A stretch of DNA of 64,000 nt from Nitrospirota bacterium (GTDB lineage: Bacteria; Nitrospirota; UBA9217), in assembly GCA_963754875.1 (NCBI GenBank), contig CAVWHO010000007.1, positions 128,001 through 192,000 on the forward strand, given 5' to 3'. Both the position numbers and the translations under genes were made by a program. Positions 63,003-64,000 of this stretch are shown here, piece by piece. How positions within the stretch are numbered: position 1 is the first letter of the stretch; the number at the start of each line of letters is the position of its first letter. The notes below the pieces were generated by a model, which worked only from the letters and a program-made list of their open reading frames with translations, was not told the DNA's origin and ran no database searches.

Positions 63003-63315
63003 ATGCATGGCAGATGTATCAACTGCAGATTCTTCGCAAACGATCCCGCGCTGATCGAGGCGACCTTTCCCGGGTTGAATGCACTCAGTTCAGCCTATGC
63101 ATCCGTACGGTCTGACGCGGGGATATGCAGCCGGCACGATTTTTTTCTTTCTTCCTGGCAACGTTGCAGGGATTTTGAGACCGGCGATAACGATGGAGGG
63201 AGGTCGCTCCTCCCCGTGGAGAAAAAACACCTCGGGTGGAGCATCGGACTTGGCGTTGTCCTGCTTGGGCATCCTCGTCTGGGTTAGCTACACGTTCTTC
63301 CCGACCGGCCACTGA
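63003..63315 (+). CDS. Small Cys4 protein fused to a C-terminal TM helix (extra G near 63268)
   Basis: CINCRFF...GICSRH...CRDF, then LLPVEKK..WSIGLGVVLLG/ILVWVSYTFFPTGH; AGGAGG RBS. Confidence 0.6.
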
Positions 63316-63394
63316 CCGGAGATATCGCCGGCACGCTGGACGCGGAAAAGAGGCCATTTTTCCCGTGCACCGGCACACTGATCTATGGTATGGT

Positions 63395-63430
63395 AAGGAC
63401 GGCAGGGTTGTTTACCTGCCGTCCTTTTTT
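63395..63430 (+). terminator. Terminator directly before the TerC RBS
   Basis: AAGGACGGCAGG-gttgttta-CCTGCCGTCCTTTTTT. Confidence 0.8.
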
Positions 63431-63445
63431 GGGGAGAGGTGCTTC

Positions 63446-64000
63446 GTGGATCTGTCTTCGCTGGGAACCATACACTTGGATGTGGCATTCTTTTCCGGTC
63501 TGTTCAGCATCGTCCTCATCGATCTGATCCTCGCCGGCGACAATGCCGTGGTCATCGCCATGGCAGTGCGCGGGCTCCCGAAAGAACAGCGCCGGAAGGG
63601 TATCATCTACGGCTCCGCAGCCGCCGTTCTGCTCCGGGTCGTTCTCACGTTCTTCGTGGCGCAGATCCTTTCCCTGAGCTATGTCAAACTTGCCGGCGGC
63701 ATCATCATCCTCTGGATCGCGGTCAAGCTGTTCGTCGAGGACGAGGAAGCGGTCGAGGCGCACCGGGAGGCGGAAACGCTCTGGCATGCGGTCCGTCTCA
63801 TCGTCATCGCCGATATCACCATGGCCCTGGACAACATGCTTGCCGTGGGCGCCGCCTCGCACGGGAACCTCCCCCTCTTGATTTTCGGTCTAGGCCTCTC
63901 CATCCCCTTTATCGTATTCACGAGCAGCCTGCTCTCGATGCTCATGGACAAGTTTCCGGCCATCATCTACATCGGCGCTGCGCTCTTGGGTAAGATCGGT
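63446..64000 (+). CDS. TerC/YjbE-family membrane protein (runs off the window end)
   Basis: GTG start; IDLILAGDNAVVIAMA, IADITMALDNMLAV, FGLGLSIP. Confidence 0.9.
   Translation, partial: MDLSSLGTIHLDVAFFSGLFSIVLIDLILAGDNAVVIAMAVRGLPKEQRRKGIIYGSAAAVLLRVVLTFFVAQILSLSYVKLAGGIIILWIAVKLFVEDEEAVEAHREAETLWHAVRLIVIADITMALDNMLAVGAASHGNLPLLIFGLGLSIPFIVFTSSLLSMLMDKFPAIIYIGAALLGKIG

Noticed and set aside
63439..63993. 184-aa ORF listed in the track
   Set aside because: Wrong frame; the real gene is the TerC frame starting at 63446 that runs off the window

Overview
GC-rich bacterial chromosome segment. The gene content (AcsE-like methyltransferase, ADP-forming acyl-CoA ligase, DUF438, UxxC selenoprotein) suggests an anaerobe of the Nitrospirota/Desulfobacterota type; this is inference only. 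In order: a his cluster (hisG-C-B-H-A-F); a pilin-like gene; DUF438, adk and an orphan histidine kinase; a 9-gene minus-strand envelope operon (lipoprotein, PEGA/TPR lipoprotein, TolB-like propeller, TPR protein, Opp/Dpp-type ABC transporter) headed by a sigma70 promoter and a GEMM-I cyclic-dinucleotide riboswitch carrying the A20 (3',3'-cGAMP-type) signature; assorted metabolic genes, two ABC-F ATPases and a UGA-interrupted GrdB/PrdB-like selenoprotein with a SECIS-like hairpin; an AT-richer islet with a ClpP-like protease plus small partner beside an MmeI-like R-M gene; an ECF sigma/CBM48 anti-sigma cluster with Met/His-rich exported proteins; and a P-type ATPase preceded by a uORF and terminator, a YeiH-family exporter and a partial TerC gene. 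Short 7-, 9- and 10-mer repeat families occur between genes, and the 7-mers also lie in-frame inside hisH, hisF and the ATPase. Nine single-base insertions break eight genes and are most likely assembly errors. I saw no tRNA, rRNA, CRISPR array or intact transposase. All family calls are by motif recognition; no searches were run.
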